IMG/VR virus record: IMGVR_UViG_3300017917_003143
Location: 2,095 to 66,094 of that record
From: a virus
DNA length: 64,000 nucleotides
Strand: one strand, 5' to 3'
Both the position numbers and the translations under genes were made by a program. A model generated the notes under the pieces. That model saw only the letters and a program-made list of their open reading frames with translations. It was not told the DNA's origin and made no database searches. Numbering within the stretch: the first letter of the stretch is position 1; each line of letters starts with the position of its first letter. Of the stretch, positions 55,949 through 64,000 are shown piece after piece.

Positions 55949-56499
55949 GAACCTGTTGGATCATAGCAGACGATTTTGCCAGTCCACACATTGAGCCTGA
56001 ACAAATAAAAAAAATAGCACCTGTGTGGGGTTCCTGGCGTACCTGGCGTGCCTGGCACACAGATAATGTGCTGTGTGACGATTTACCCAAGGCAAAAGAA
56101 CTAGTACAACGTGCTTTCCATTCTGTCTGTAATTTTTATACAGCCAACAAGAACTTTGCCGAACTAGGCAGACTCAATAAAATCAATCTCTATGAAGGAG
56201 AATTTCCTGGAGAACTAGATCATCGTGAACAAATCATAGCCATGCACCTTGTTGCTGAGAACAACGATTTGGTGTTGTTGTTGGGATTTGATTTGACCGA
56301 TAAAAAATTTGATGACAAGTTTGAAAGTCACAAACATCTAAACTACATCAATGCTTTTAGAGCTACTCTCAATACCTATCCAGAAACCCAATGGGTACTG
56401 ATCGATCATCCAGGAGAGGTGTCCAAAAAAATAACGCCGCCAAATCTAACAAAAGATAGTTTTGACAGCGTTATACAGTTGTTGACTGCTAATTCTTAA
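55945..56499 (+). CDS. hypothetical protein
   Basis: ATGA overlap with the upstream stop. Contains a WRTWRAWHT segment encoded by three tandem 9-bp repeats. Confidence 0.45.
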   Translation: MRTCWIIADDFASPHIEPEQIKKIAPVWGSWRTWRAWHTDNVLCDDLPKAKELVQRAFHSVCNFYTANKNFAELGRLNKINLYEGEFPGELDHREQIIAMHLVAENNDLVLLLGFDLTDKKFDDKFESHKHLNYINAFRATLNTYPETQWVLIDHPGEVSKKITPPNLTKDSFDSVIQLLTANS

Positions 56500-56801
56500 G
56501 GTACTATAGTAAAGTTTTGATTGATATATGATGTTGGGTTACTAGCGAACCAAGCATTCCAATCAGATATAAAAGTTTGAGCCGCAGTTGCATCTTGCCA
56601 AAGTCTGGTAGCTGTAAAAAGTCCAGATGTTGGAGTAGGAACCGTTGTTCCTGGATTAGATGGAGACCAATCTGGAATATTTGTGATTATTCCAGCATCT
56701 TTATATGGCTTCAAAAGAGTCAGAATTTTCTGGGCCGCGGCATCTCTGCTTGGACCAGTTGCTGAGTAATCGTATACGACTTGTGTGGTTGCTGTTGCCA
56801 T
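56496..56801 (-). CDS. hypothetical small protein
   Basis: 101 aa. Minus-strand AAGGAAG RBS. Minus-strand TATAAATA motif 21 nt upstream of the start. Confidence 0.5.
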   Translation of the reverse strand: MATATTQVVYDYSATGPSRDAAAQKILTLLKPYKDAGIITNIPDWSPSNPGTTVPTPTSGLFTATRLWQDATAAQTFISDWNAWFASNPTSYINQNFTIVP

Positions 56802-56886
56802 TTTGTTTCTTCCTTTATGAATATTTATACCAAAACTACCAGTTTTGATACTTGACTGTTAATGTTATTTATAGTAAAATTATCCA

Positions 56887-57915
56887 ATGAATACTACAAA
56901 ACGCATCGGTTTTTGCTGTAAATGGATTGATGATCCTAGCGAAACAGCTGGCCGCAAACTCACTACAGAAAGTCGTGATCTAAACGGGCGTTCAACTACC
57001 ATGCGTTGGTTGCGTGAGCACCCTGAGGAAGCTGAACAACGCCAGTGGGACATCATGAATCACAATGCTCGAGCCGCGCTGAACATGGTCGAGCGTGTGG
57101 GCAATCTACCTGAGCATCTGCGCCTGGTACGCTTGGGCAGTGAAATGCTACAGGGCTACACCGAGCCCAACTGGATCGACTGGTGGCAACAAGCAGACAT
57201 CCAACGTCATCTAGAACAGATTTTCGCTCCTGTGGGTGCTCGTGCTAGAGAACTGGGTGTGCGACTCAGCTTCCATCCTGGGCAGTTTTGTGTGTTGGCA
57301 TCTGCAGATGATGGTATCGTAGAGCGCAGTATTCTTGAGTTTGAATATCATGCAGACATGGCTCGTTGGATGGGCTACGGCAAAGAATGGCACGATCATG
57401 GATTCCATATCAATGTTCACCTAAGTGGCAAGGGCGGTCCTGAAAAGTTCCTGCGAACCCTTGGCAAACTTTCTCCTGAGGCCCGCAACCTCATAACTAT
57501 CGAAAACGACGAGATATCAAATGGTTTGGACATTACTCTTCTTGTGGCTGATCGTGTGGCTCTTGTGCTGGACGTTCATCACCATTGGGTCAACACCGGC
57601 GAGTACATCTCGCCAACGGACGCTCGTGTTCAGCGTGTGGTTGAGTCTTGGCGTGACACTCGCCCTGTTATGCATTACAGTGTTAGTCGCGAAGATATTC
57701 TTGTTGATCATGATCCCGGACTTCGCCCAGATCTTAGTGGACTTCTTGCACGAGGTTATAAAAAACAGCAGTTACGGGCACACTCCGACTTCTACTGGAA
57801 TCACGCTGTAAACGAGTGGGCGGCAGACTTTACACAAATTGCCGACATTGAATGCGAAGCCAAGGGTAAAAATCTAGCTCGTGACGGATTTGTGAAATTT
57901 GTAAACCTAGCATGA
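56887..57915 (+). CDS. uvdE: UV damage endonuclease UvdE
   Basis: Collinear UvdE blocks VRLSFHPGQFCVLAS, INVHLSGKGG, ITIENDE and VLDVHHHW. Confidence 0.8.
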   Translation: MNTTKRIGFCCKWIDDPSETAGRKLTTESRDLNGRSTTMRWLREHPEEAEQRQWDIMNHNARAALNMVERVGNLPEHLRLVRLGSEMLQGYTEPNWIDWWQQADIQRHLEQIFAPVGARARELGVRLSFHPGQFCVLASADDGIVERSILEFEYHADMARWMGYGKEWHDHGFHINVHLSGKGGPEKFLRTLGKLSPEARNLITIENDEISNGLDITLLVADRVALVLDVHHHWVNTGEYISPTDARVQRVVESWRDTRPVMHYSVSREDILVDHDPGLRPDLSGLLARGYKKQQLRAHSDFYWNHAVNEWAADFTQIADIECEAKGKNLARDGFVKFVNLA

Positions 57916-58208
57916 TTAGTAAAGAAAATTTTCAAGCCACTTGGTCCTACATCGTGAGAGATCACGAATCGTGGCCTTTAAGGTTCTGGCTGGAAGTATT
58001 AGCGTGGGCTATGAGTATTGGTGCCGCTGTCTTGTTTGCGCTGACTGTACCAAATATTCCGTTTATCTTGTATCTGACCATCACTGTCAGCGGATGTGCC
58101 ATATATGCCTGGGCCGCTTGGACCCGAGGCAGTGTTGGCATGTTGGCCAATTATGTGTTGTTGACGATAATTGACTCAGTGGGACTGGCCCGGGTTATTT
58201 TTTCTTAG
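57912..58208 (+). CDS. small 3-TM membrane protein
   Basis: 98 aa with three hydrophobic helices. ATGA overlap with uvdE. Confidence 0.45.
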   Translation: MISKENFQATWSYIVRDHESWPLRFWLEVLAWAMSIGAAVLFALTVPNIPFILYLTITVSGCAIYAWAAWTRGSVGMLANYVLLTIIDSVGLARVIFS

Positions 58209-58416
58209 TTCTGGCAGTCTTGGCTCGTACAGCAGGCTTCTTCTCACCAGCAGGTTTTTTGGCGGCTGGTTTTTTCTTGGGTTCGGCTGCTGGCTCTATA
58301 TACTGTGTGGTCATTGGTACTGTGCCCACTGTGGACTGTGGTGCTTCGACCTTGTAAGGTGCTTCGGGTGTAGTTTTAGGTTTCGAAACAAAAAACTTTT
58401 TAAGAAATGTCAACAT
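58195..58416 (-). CDS. lysine/alanine/proline-rich basic protein (histone H1-like repeats)
   Basis: C-terminus PAAEPKKKPAAKKPAGEKKPAVRAKTARTKKK. Strong minus-strand RBS AGGAGA. Confidence 0.55.
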   Translation of the reverse strand: MLTFLKKFFVSKPKTTPEAPYKVEAPQSTVGTVPMTTQYIEPAAEPKKKPAAKKPAGEKKPAVRAKTARTKKK

Positions 58417-58507
58417 TTTTATCTCCTGTGTTGGTCAACTATTTAACGCCAATCCTTAAAAATACATTATAATGGACACCTAAAAACCACTCACTAAATA
58501 CTTTCCA

Positions 58508-58777
58508 ATGAACGACACACTTTTTAAGCTCTATATAATTGATGAGTTTCTGAAAAAAACACAGGAACATAGAAAAATTTTAATCCAGGAGTTAATCGAC
58601 GGGGCTTGCGACCCAGTGATCAAAAAGCGTCGATTCAGGATGTTAAGAAACTTGTCTGAGTACGAGTCATCAGTTATAAAAAAGATTGCTGATTTTGAAA
58701 CAGATGATATTCGAGACCTGCTTTGTCCTGATATTTTCGATTTTGAAATTGAGTTTTTACTAGATCGATCAGCATGA
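58508..58777 (+). CDS. hypothetical protein
   Basis: 89 aa acidic ORF. Confidence 0.4.
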   Translation: MNDTLFKLYIIDEFLKKTQEHRKILIQELIDGACDPVIKKRRFRMLRNLSEYESSVIKKIADFETDDIRDLLCPDIFDFEIEFLLDRSA

Positions 58778-59922
58778 ATAAAATATCTCAGGCTAATTTA
58801 TTCTTTACTCCGACATTATTGAGTTGGTATGGTCGCGACACCGAGTATGAAGCTGACATTCTGAGATTCAAAGGATTCGATCAGTACAATTATCTAGTAG
58901 AAATAAATCGCATGTTTTCAAACGGTCCAAAAGGACAGCCGTTGGATCGTACCGGAAACATACATCTTCCACTCAAATACGATACACGCCGCCCTTGGAA
59001 ATTTATCAACACCCCTATGAGTTTAGAAGACGCTTTGTCTGCCCGAGTGTCTGATCTTTTGTCTCGTGGCGTCAAAGTCAATTTGTTATGGAGCGGAGGG
59101 ATCGACTCGACCACCATGGTCAATGCTTTTTTATCCAATGCCCAAGACCACAGTCAGTTACGGGTTCTATACTCACCTTACTCGAGTTACGAGCATAGAG
59201 AATACCTAACAGATTTTCTGCCCAAGTTTCCAGCGGTTGAACTAGTAGACATCAGCGGGGATGTTTATCTCAATCAGCAGTTTGACGGAATTTTTGTCAC
59301 CGGAGACACCGGAGACGAAACCCACGCCAGCATGGATGAAAGCTTCTTGGCAGAATTTGGTTATGATGTGCTGTCACAACCCTGGCGAGACTTTTTCTTC
59401 AAAAGAACACAGGATGAAAAGTTCATTGAATTCTGCGACACATATTTTAGCTGGGCAGGTCGCCCCATCGACACTGTGCTCGAAGCAAGATGGTGGTTCT
59501 ATATCAACTCTAAGATGTATTGTATGCTGGCAACAAAGTTGTCTTTCTTTACCGATTATAAAAATTTCTCGCCCGACATGGTGCACGGTTTTTTTGATTG
59601 TGATGAATTTGAAAATTACATATCTCACAATGTGGACCGTATCATGACCACACCAGATTATGCGTCGTGGAAGCAAGACCTTAAAGATTACTGTAGGAAT
59701 TTTGACGGATTCGATCAATGGGCCAAAGAAACCATAAAGAACGGAAGTTCCCAGTTGCACGCCTACATTTATAAAAAGACCGTGCTCAACGATCAGCGAT
59801 TTATTTTCATCCTCAACGATGGAACACGGGTACACACACCAAGTTTGCCACTGTTGAGCCGCAAAGAATTTAATAATCGTTACGGAAATAGTCTGGACTA
59901 TTTGTTAAATGACCCAATTTAA
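58774..59922 (+). CDS. PP-loop ATP pyrophosphatase (asparagine synthase-like / QueC-like)
   Basis: SGGIDSTT PP-loop motif in LLWSGGIDSTTMVNAF. 382 aa. Confidence 0.6.
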   Translation: MNKISQANLFFTPTLLSWYGRDTEYEADILRFKGFDQYNYLVEINRMFSNGPKGQPLDRTGNIHLPLKYDTRRPWKFINTPMSLEDALSARVSDLLSRGVKVNLLWSGGIDSTTMVNAFLSNAQDHSQLRVLYSPYSSYEHREYLTDFLPKFPAVELVDISGDVYLNQQFDGIFVTGDTGDETHASMDESFLAEFGYDVLSQPWRDFFFKRTQDEKFIEFCDTYFSWAGRPIDTVLEARWWFYINSKMYCMLATKLSFFTDYKNFSPDMVHGFFDCDEFENYISHNVDRIMTTPDYASWKQDLKDYCRNFDGFDQWAKETIKNGSSQLHAYIYKKTVLNDQRFIFILNDGTRVHTPSLPLLSRKEFNNRYGNSLDYLLNDPI

Positions 59923-60913
59923 ATTCAATGCCCCTTGGGACACTCTCAAACATACCTGGGTCGGTTGCACTTACGGTCCGGAGTTTTTCCAGCCCATACG
60001 CAATTCCAAGATACGAGAGTCTTTGCAAAAAATCGTACAAGAAACAGAAGAAGATTATCAAACATTGATTTCTACCCTGACCACATTTGGCATCAAGGTA
60101 TCACGTCCTGTGATCGACTCCAATCTTACGATCATGGACTATATCAACGATCAAGGAAAATTAAATTTCCAAGATTCAAAAAGTTTTACTCTGATACCCA
60201 GACCTCCCATGCAACCTCGAGACAGCATGTTGGTAATCGGTGATCAAGCGATATCCACTCTTGAAGAGTCTTCGTGGTTTTACCCTGACTTGGAAAAATC
60301 GCCCTTGCCGTTTGATGCACCCTTGGTCACAGTGGTCGGAAAACATGTCATAGTTGATTGCAGGGATCATCCGTGGTTGGCAGAATATATACAGCAAAGG
60401 TTTCCAGATCGCAAGGTGATTCCTGTTTATATCGGCGGGCATAACGATGCTGTGTTTTGTCCAGTCAAACCAGGAGTCATTATCAGTACCTATCATCACG
60501 ACAACTACACTGACACTTTTCCTGGCTGGGAAGTCAAGTATATTGAAAACCAGAGTTGGAATGCCATACCTGGATGGAGAAAGTTTAAACATTCCAATGT
60601 TGACAAATGGTGGGTGCCTGACGCAGACAACAATCCTGAATTTGCGAATTTTGTAGACACCTGGTTGAGTCAATGGGTGGGCTATGTCAAAGAAACTGTG
60701 TTTGATGTCAATATGTTGCAAATCAACGAACACACTGTGCTGGTCAACAATTATAATCAGGAGATGTTTGATTTTTTTAAAACACATGGCATTGAAGCCA
60801 TAGTGACGCCCTTCCGTCATAGATTTTTTTGGGATGGTGGGATACATTGTATCACTGGAGACATATACCGAGAAGGAGAAGCCGATGTGGCATTCATTAA
60901 CGCCCAAGGGTAA
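59909..60913 (+). CDS. amidinotransferase-superfamily enzyme (GATM/StrB1-like), paralog 2
   Basis: C-terminal DGGIHCITGDIYRE catalytic Cys block. Overall collinear with 53740..54660. Confidence 0.6.
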   Translation: MTQFKFNAPWDTLKHTWVGCTYGPEFFQPIRNSKIRESLQKIVQETEEDYQTLISTLTTFGIKVSRPVIDSNLTIMDYINDQGKLNFQDSKSFTLIPRPPMQPRDSMLVIGDQAISTLEESSWFYPDLEKSPLPFDAPLVTVVGKHVIVDCRDHPWLAEYIQQRFPDRKVIPVYIGGHNDAVFCPVKPGVIISTYHHDNYTDTFPGWEVKYIENQSWNAIPGWRKFKHSNVDKWWVPDADNNPEFANFVDTWLSQWVGYVKETVFDVNMLQINEHTVLVNNYNQEMFDFFKTHGIEAIVTPFRHRFFWDGGIHCITGDIYREGEADVAFINAQG

Positions 60914-61409
60914 GATACCTTATGTGCCTAAATGGAATCTGTGGTGCAAAATATCCCCAGTGATCACAGTGGGTGATGATGTCCTTGATGCTGATCGATT
61001 GGGAGAGTTTGGATCAGACCTACACGGATTTGAAGAGTTCAAGATATCAATACTGTATGACAACCAGGTTCTGTATTCAGGAACGTTTGATCAACACCAG
61101 CCCATAGTTGTTGATGTAGATTTATTAGACGATAAAGAAAATACAGATCATGTACTGTGCATCGGACTTGAGGGCAAGACTGACGATCACAGTTGTTTTC
61201 ATCAGGGCAAAAGCGTTTCATTGGCCGCGAAAATCAACCTAAGCATAGAACAGATGCCCTTGGATCTCCATGTCATGGCAACAGGTATAAAAACCATCGC
61301 AGGCGAAAACGGCGTACAGAATTTTTCTATTAGCACACCTATCTATCGTTGGCTACTGAAAAATCATGAGCATATAACGGCTGATTTATATTCGATATAT
61401 AAAGAATGA
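60885..61409 (+). CDS. hypothetical protein
   Basis: ATG preceded by GAAGGAGAAG within ORF 60834..61409. 174 aa. Confidence 0.45.
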   Translation: MWHSLTPKGKIPYVPKWNLWCKISPVITVGDDVLDADRLGEFGSDLHGFEEFKISILYDNQVLYSGTFDQHQPIVVDVDLLDDKENTDHVLCIGLEGKTDDHSCFHQGKSVSLAAKINLSIEQMPLDLHVMATGIKTIAGENGVQNFSISTPIYRWLLKNHEHITADLYSIYKE

Positions 61410-62116
61410 CCCTATTTTTATACATCCTGGTGATGACACATATCACCATAGCCTGTGTTACCCTTTATTTGCATCGTAGCCAAGCTCATCGTGGCGTCAC
61501 GTTTGACCCACGTGTGAGTCATTTCATGCGTTTTTGGCTGTGGTTGACCACAGGCATGGTTACCAAACAATGGGTAGCCACACATCGCAAACATCATAGA
61601 TTCACCGACGCAGAAGGCGATCCGCACAGTCCTAGAAACGAAGGCATCTGGCAAATCTTGCTGGGCGGTGCCTTTTACTATGCCTGGGCCGCAAAAGATC
61701 GGGCCATGGTCGAACAATACGGAGCAGGAACACCCGATGATTGGATGGAACGCAACATATACACTCCATTCAATTGGTTGGGTGTGACACTAATGTTCTT
61801 TATCAACTGCATGATCTGGGGATGGGCTTGGGGGTGGTTGCCTTGGCTATGGCAGATGATCTGGATTCCGCTATGGGCCGCAGGAGTCATAAACGGGCTT
61901 GGACACTGGTGGGGCTACCGCAACACACAGACCCGAGACTATTCAACCAATATAGTACCTTGGGCGTTTTTTATCGGCGGCGAAGAACTGCACAACAATC
62001 ACCATGCTGATCCTGCCAGTCCCAAACTCAGCCAAAAGCGTTGGGAATGGGATCTGGGTTGGACCTATATCCGTATTTTAGAACGCTGTAAATTGGCTAC
62101 ATTACGGACAAACTAA
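61406..62116 (+). CDS. membrane fatty-acid desaturase (delta-9/stearoyl-CoA desaturase-like)
   Basis: Three His boxes HRSQAH, HRKHHRFTDAEGDPHSP and HNNHH with SCD-like spacing. Multiple TM helices. Confidence 0.7.
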   Translation: MTLFLYILVMTHITIACVTLYLHRSQAHRGVTFDPRVSHFMRFWLWLTTGMVTKQWVATHRKHHRFTDAEGDPHSPRNEGIWQILLGGAFYYAWAAKDRAMVEQYGAGTPDDWMERNIYTPFNWLGVTLMFFINCMIWGWAWGWLPWLWQMIWIPLWAAGVINGLGHWWGYRNTQTRDYSTNIVPWAFFIGGEELHNNHHADPASPKLSQKRWEWDLGWTYIRILERCKLATLRTN

Positions 62117-62249
62117 TTTGCTCAAAATCGTCAAATAGACGTAGATTTTTGTTGCGTTGCAACATAAATATCATATATAATAATGCAACACCAAGACGCT
62201 GGATGGTCCGGGTCTTGTACCGTAAACTCGCTTAACTAAGGAGAAAAAC

Positions 62250-62525
62250 ATGTTTACATTTGATTCAACAATCGACGCAGTACAAACAGGCAAGAAGCAG
62301 TTCGTAAAGACTTTCGTAACAGACGAAAAGATCGCTGATGCTTTAAACCAATTCATTGACAACCAAACTGAGTACACCAAAAAAGCTGTCAAAGCCACAG
62401 TGGACGCAGGTACCACAGTTGCTCAAGAGTCTATCAAGCACATCCAAGAAGCCGCTAAATTTGATTATACCAAATTTGGTGAAGGCATCATGAAGGCCTA
62501 CACAGCGCAAACCAAAACCAAGTAA
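62250..62525 (+). CDS. phasin-like small helical protein
   Basis: 91 aa Lys/Thr-rich helical protein. Leader shares a ~50 nt conserved motif with the hsp20 leader. Strong RBS AAGGAGA. Confidence 0.4.
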   Translation: MFTFDSTIDAVQTGKKQFVKTFVTDEKIADALNQFIDNQTEYTKKAVKATVDAGTTVAQESIKHIQEAAKFDYTKFGEGIMKAYTAQTKTK

Positions 62526-62560
62526 TTTGGGCAAAAAACGGTAAAGCTCGCGCTAGACCA

Positions 62561-62605
62561 GAAAATCCTACTTGTGTAATAATACACACATAGTAGGATT
62601 TTTTA
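62561..62605 (+). terminator. rho-independent terminator
   Basis: AAAATCCTACT-[TGTGTAataatACACA]-TAGTAGGATTTT nested hairpin followed by a T run. Confidence 0.75.
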
Positions 62606-62628
62606 TGACCAATCTTTTAGGAGAAGCT

Positions 62629-62751
62629 ATGAAGCACTTGGTTATCGCATTATTCGTGGCCTGTTTGACAGGTTGTGGTACGATTGGAGGCATGGTTTCC
62701 GGTGCCGGTTCCGATCTTTCTAAAGCCGGGGAATGGATCAAATCTAAATGA
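62629..62751 (+). CDS. entericidin-like small lipoprotein, not in ORF track
   Basis: 40 aa MKHLVIALFVACLTGCGTIGGMVSGAGSDLSKAGEWIKSK. Lipobox LTGC. RBS TAGGAGAAG. Overlaps the next gene as ATGA. Confidence 0.5.
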   Translation: MKHLVIALFVACLTGCGTIGGMVSGAGSDLSKAGEWIKSK

Positions 62752-63428
62752 AAAAGACAGCACTTTATCTTGCCGTGATCACGACTCTTGGCCTCACTGC
62801 CTGTAGCTCAACCAAGGTCGCAGACGTAGGATCGGGCACCGCAGTCCCTCCTGGCACACAACAAGCCATCTCTGAACAACGTGCGGCTTCTGATTTCAAG
62901 CGCGAAGGTGTGCGTGTGATTTATAGTTTCACTGGCAATCTTGAAGCCGTAGAAGCCGTAGGCTATGCTCCAGTCTGGGGCAACAGCCAGAATGCTGTGC
63001 AACAGGCCTATGAAACTGCCTATGTATTGGCCAAGGATCGCATGAGTTCTTTCTTGCATCCAGAGACTATCACTTCTAAGCGTTTTGTAGATACCATCGC
63101 AAAGAACTTGGAAAAGGCACGTGACAACAAGACCAACAAGTTTGCTACCAACAAGAACAATGACTTCTCTTTTGAAACCGCGGACACTGAAGCCGCTCGA
63201 GAGGGCGAAGTCAATCGCGAAGAAAACACTGCGGTACGCAACGATGCTGTCAATATCGCATCTAACATCCGTACCACAGTGAGCATCCAACGTTCAGGTA
63301 TCCTGGGCGGTGTAGTGCTCAAAGAAGGTCGTGTTATCAACGACGGTAAGAATGTACAGGTGATTGTGCGTTGGGATCGCAAAGACAACAGTCAGCGTCG
63401 TGTGATCCTTAAAGAAATGATGCAGTGA
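62748..63428 (+). CDS. lipoprotein
   Basis: Signal peptide with lipobox LGLTACSS. 226 aa. Confidence 0.5.
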   Translation: MKKTALYLAVITTLGLTACSSTKVADVGSGTAVPPGTQQAISEQRAASDFKREGVRVIYSFTGNLEAVEAVGYAPVWGNSQNAVQQAYETAYVLAKDRMSSFLHPETITSKRFVDTIAKNLEKARDNKTNKFATNKNNDFSFETADTEAAREGEVNREENTAVRNDAVNIASNIRTTVSIQRSGILGGVVLKEGRVINDGKNVQVIVRWDRKDNSQRRVILKEMMQ

Positions 63429-64000
63429 TGCGGCACCTAGCACTGGCACTGGCTGTGTTGCTTTCGGCCAGTGTGTCAGCGCAGACTGCTGACACTACTG
63501 CTATCTTAAAGCCGAACCCTGTGAGTGTGGTGATCACAGTGGTGCCTTGGTTGCTCAAGGACAGTGAACGCTACTACTTTGTCACTGCCAAGGGCTATGG
63601 CCGGACCACTGAAGAAGCCAGGACCGAAGCCCTTAGGGCCGCTGTGGATCAGGCAGTGGGATCTGTGGTTAACTCAGAACGTGAAGTAGAAAATCAAAGA
63701 CTCCGGCGCAGTGAAGTGGTACAGTATGCCGCGGGCTTTGTAGACCGTTATGAAGTCCGGCGCATCGAACAAGAAAATGGTTTCGTGGCCATGACGGTAG
63801 ATGTGTATGTCAAGCGTAGCCGCCTCACTGACCGGTTGTTGGGAGATCATCGTACTCCAGGCAAGATAGATGGTGAGCGGTTACAAGCGCAAACTGAAAC
63901 TCTCAATCATAGCAGACAACAAGGAGATCGGCTGTTGGGCATGGTCCTGGCTGATTTTCCCCGGCGAGCGTTTGACATCGAGCAAGGCCCCAGCAGAGTT
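63428..64000 (+). CDS. secreted protein (partial, runs off window)
   Basis: ATGA overlap. N-terminal signal peptide LALALAVLLSASVSAQTA. ORF continues beyond the window end. Confidence 0.4.
   Translation, partial: MRHLALALAVLLSASVSAQTADTTAILKPNPVSVVITVVPWLLKDSERYYFVTAKGYGRTTEEARTEALRAAVDQAVGSVVNSEREVENQRLRRSEVVQYAAGFVDRYEVRRIEQENGFVAMTVDVYVKRSRLTDRLLGDHRTPGKIDGERLQAQTETLNHSRQQGDRLLGMVLADFPRRAFDIEQGPSRV

Noticed and set aside
56036-56065. Three tandem 9-bp repeats CCTGGCGTA / CCTGGCGTG / CCTGGCACA
   Set aside because: Lies in-frame inside CDS 55945..56499, encoding W-R-T / W-R-A / W-H-T. Too short to be a CRISPR or iteron array. Likely a simple coding microduplication.
1-64000. tRNA, rRNA and CRISPR arrays
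   Set aside because: Intergenic spaces are all shorter than 250 nt. Inspection of the longer ones (46240-46365, 49771-50016, 56802-56886, 62117-62249) shows promoters and hairpins but no cloverleaf-compatible or repeat-spacer structure.
1-64000. Alternative interpretation that the window is bacterial chromosome with a prophage island
   Set aside because: Phage hallmarks (primase/helicase, ligase, PAAR, tailspike, holins/lysin, nrdAB, dense overlapping small ORFs) occur on both sides of every host-like gene, with uniform strand bias and promoter/terminator style throughout. No integrase, att-like repeats or housekeeping operons are visible. Cannot be fully excluded without the flanks.

Overview
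This window appears to be part of a large, gene-dense, lytic dsDNA phage genome. Nearly all genes are on the + strand with short or overlapping junctions. There are sigma70-like promoters with TTGACA/TATAAT boxes and rho-independent terminators, and no tRNA, rRNA or CRISPR was seen. The phage character rests on a DnaG-type primase with a separate DnaB-like helicase, an SF2 helicase, an ATP-dependent DNA ligase, a PAAR spike-tip protein, a pectate-lyase-fold tailspike, a SleB-family lysin with holin-like membrane proteins, nrdA/nrdB plus glutaredoxin, and many small ORFs of unknown function. On top of this the window carries an unusually rich cargo. (1) A curli-like amyloid secretion module with CsgG and CsgF homologs, a curlin-repeat protein, a FecR-domain secreted protein and a Thr-rich outer-membrane protein; this is the most striking feature. 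(2) A second-half cluster containing a nucleotide-sugar dehydrogenase, two paralogous amidinotransferase-fold enzymes, a PP-loop ATP pyrophosphatase, a cupin-like protein and one of two paralogous glycosyltransferase-like proteins. This looks like a novel sugar or base modification pathway. (3) A proteostasis and translation module of ClpX, ribosomal protein S21, an IbpA-like Hsp20 and ClpS. (4) Fe-S assembly genes IscU and IscA with a foreign gene inserted between them. (5) Metabolic and signalling cargo: isocitrate lyase, a delta-9-type fatty-acid desaturase, a CHASE2-domain class III nucleotidyl cyclase, a TerC membrane protein, UvdE, a phasin-like protein and an entericidin-like lipoprotein. 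Functional calls rest on motif-level recognition in the translated ORFs. No database search was possible, so family assignments are stated with graded confidence.
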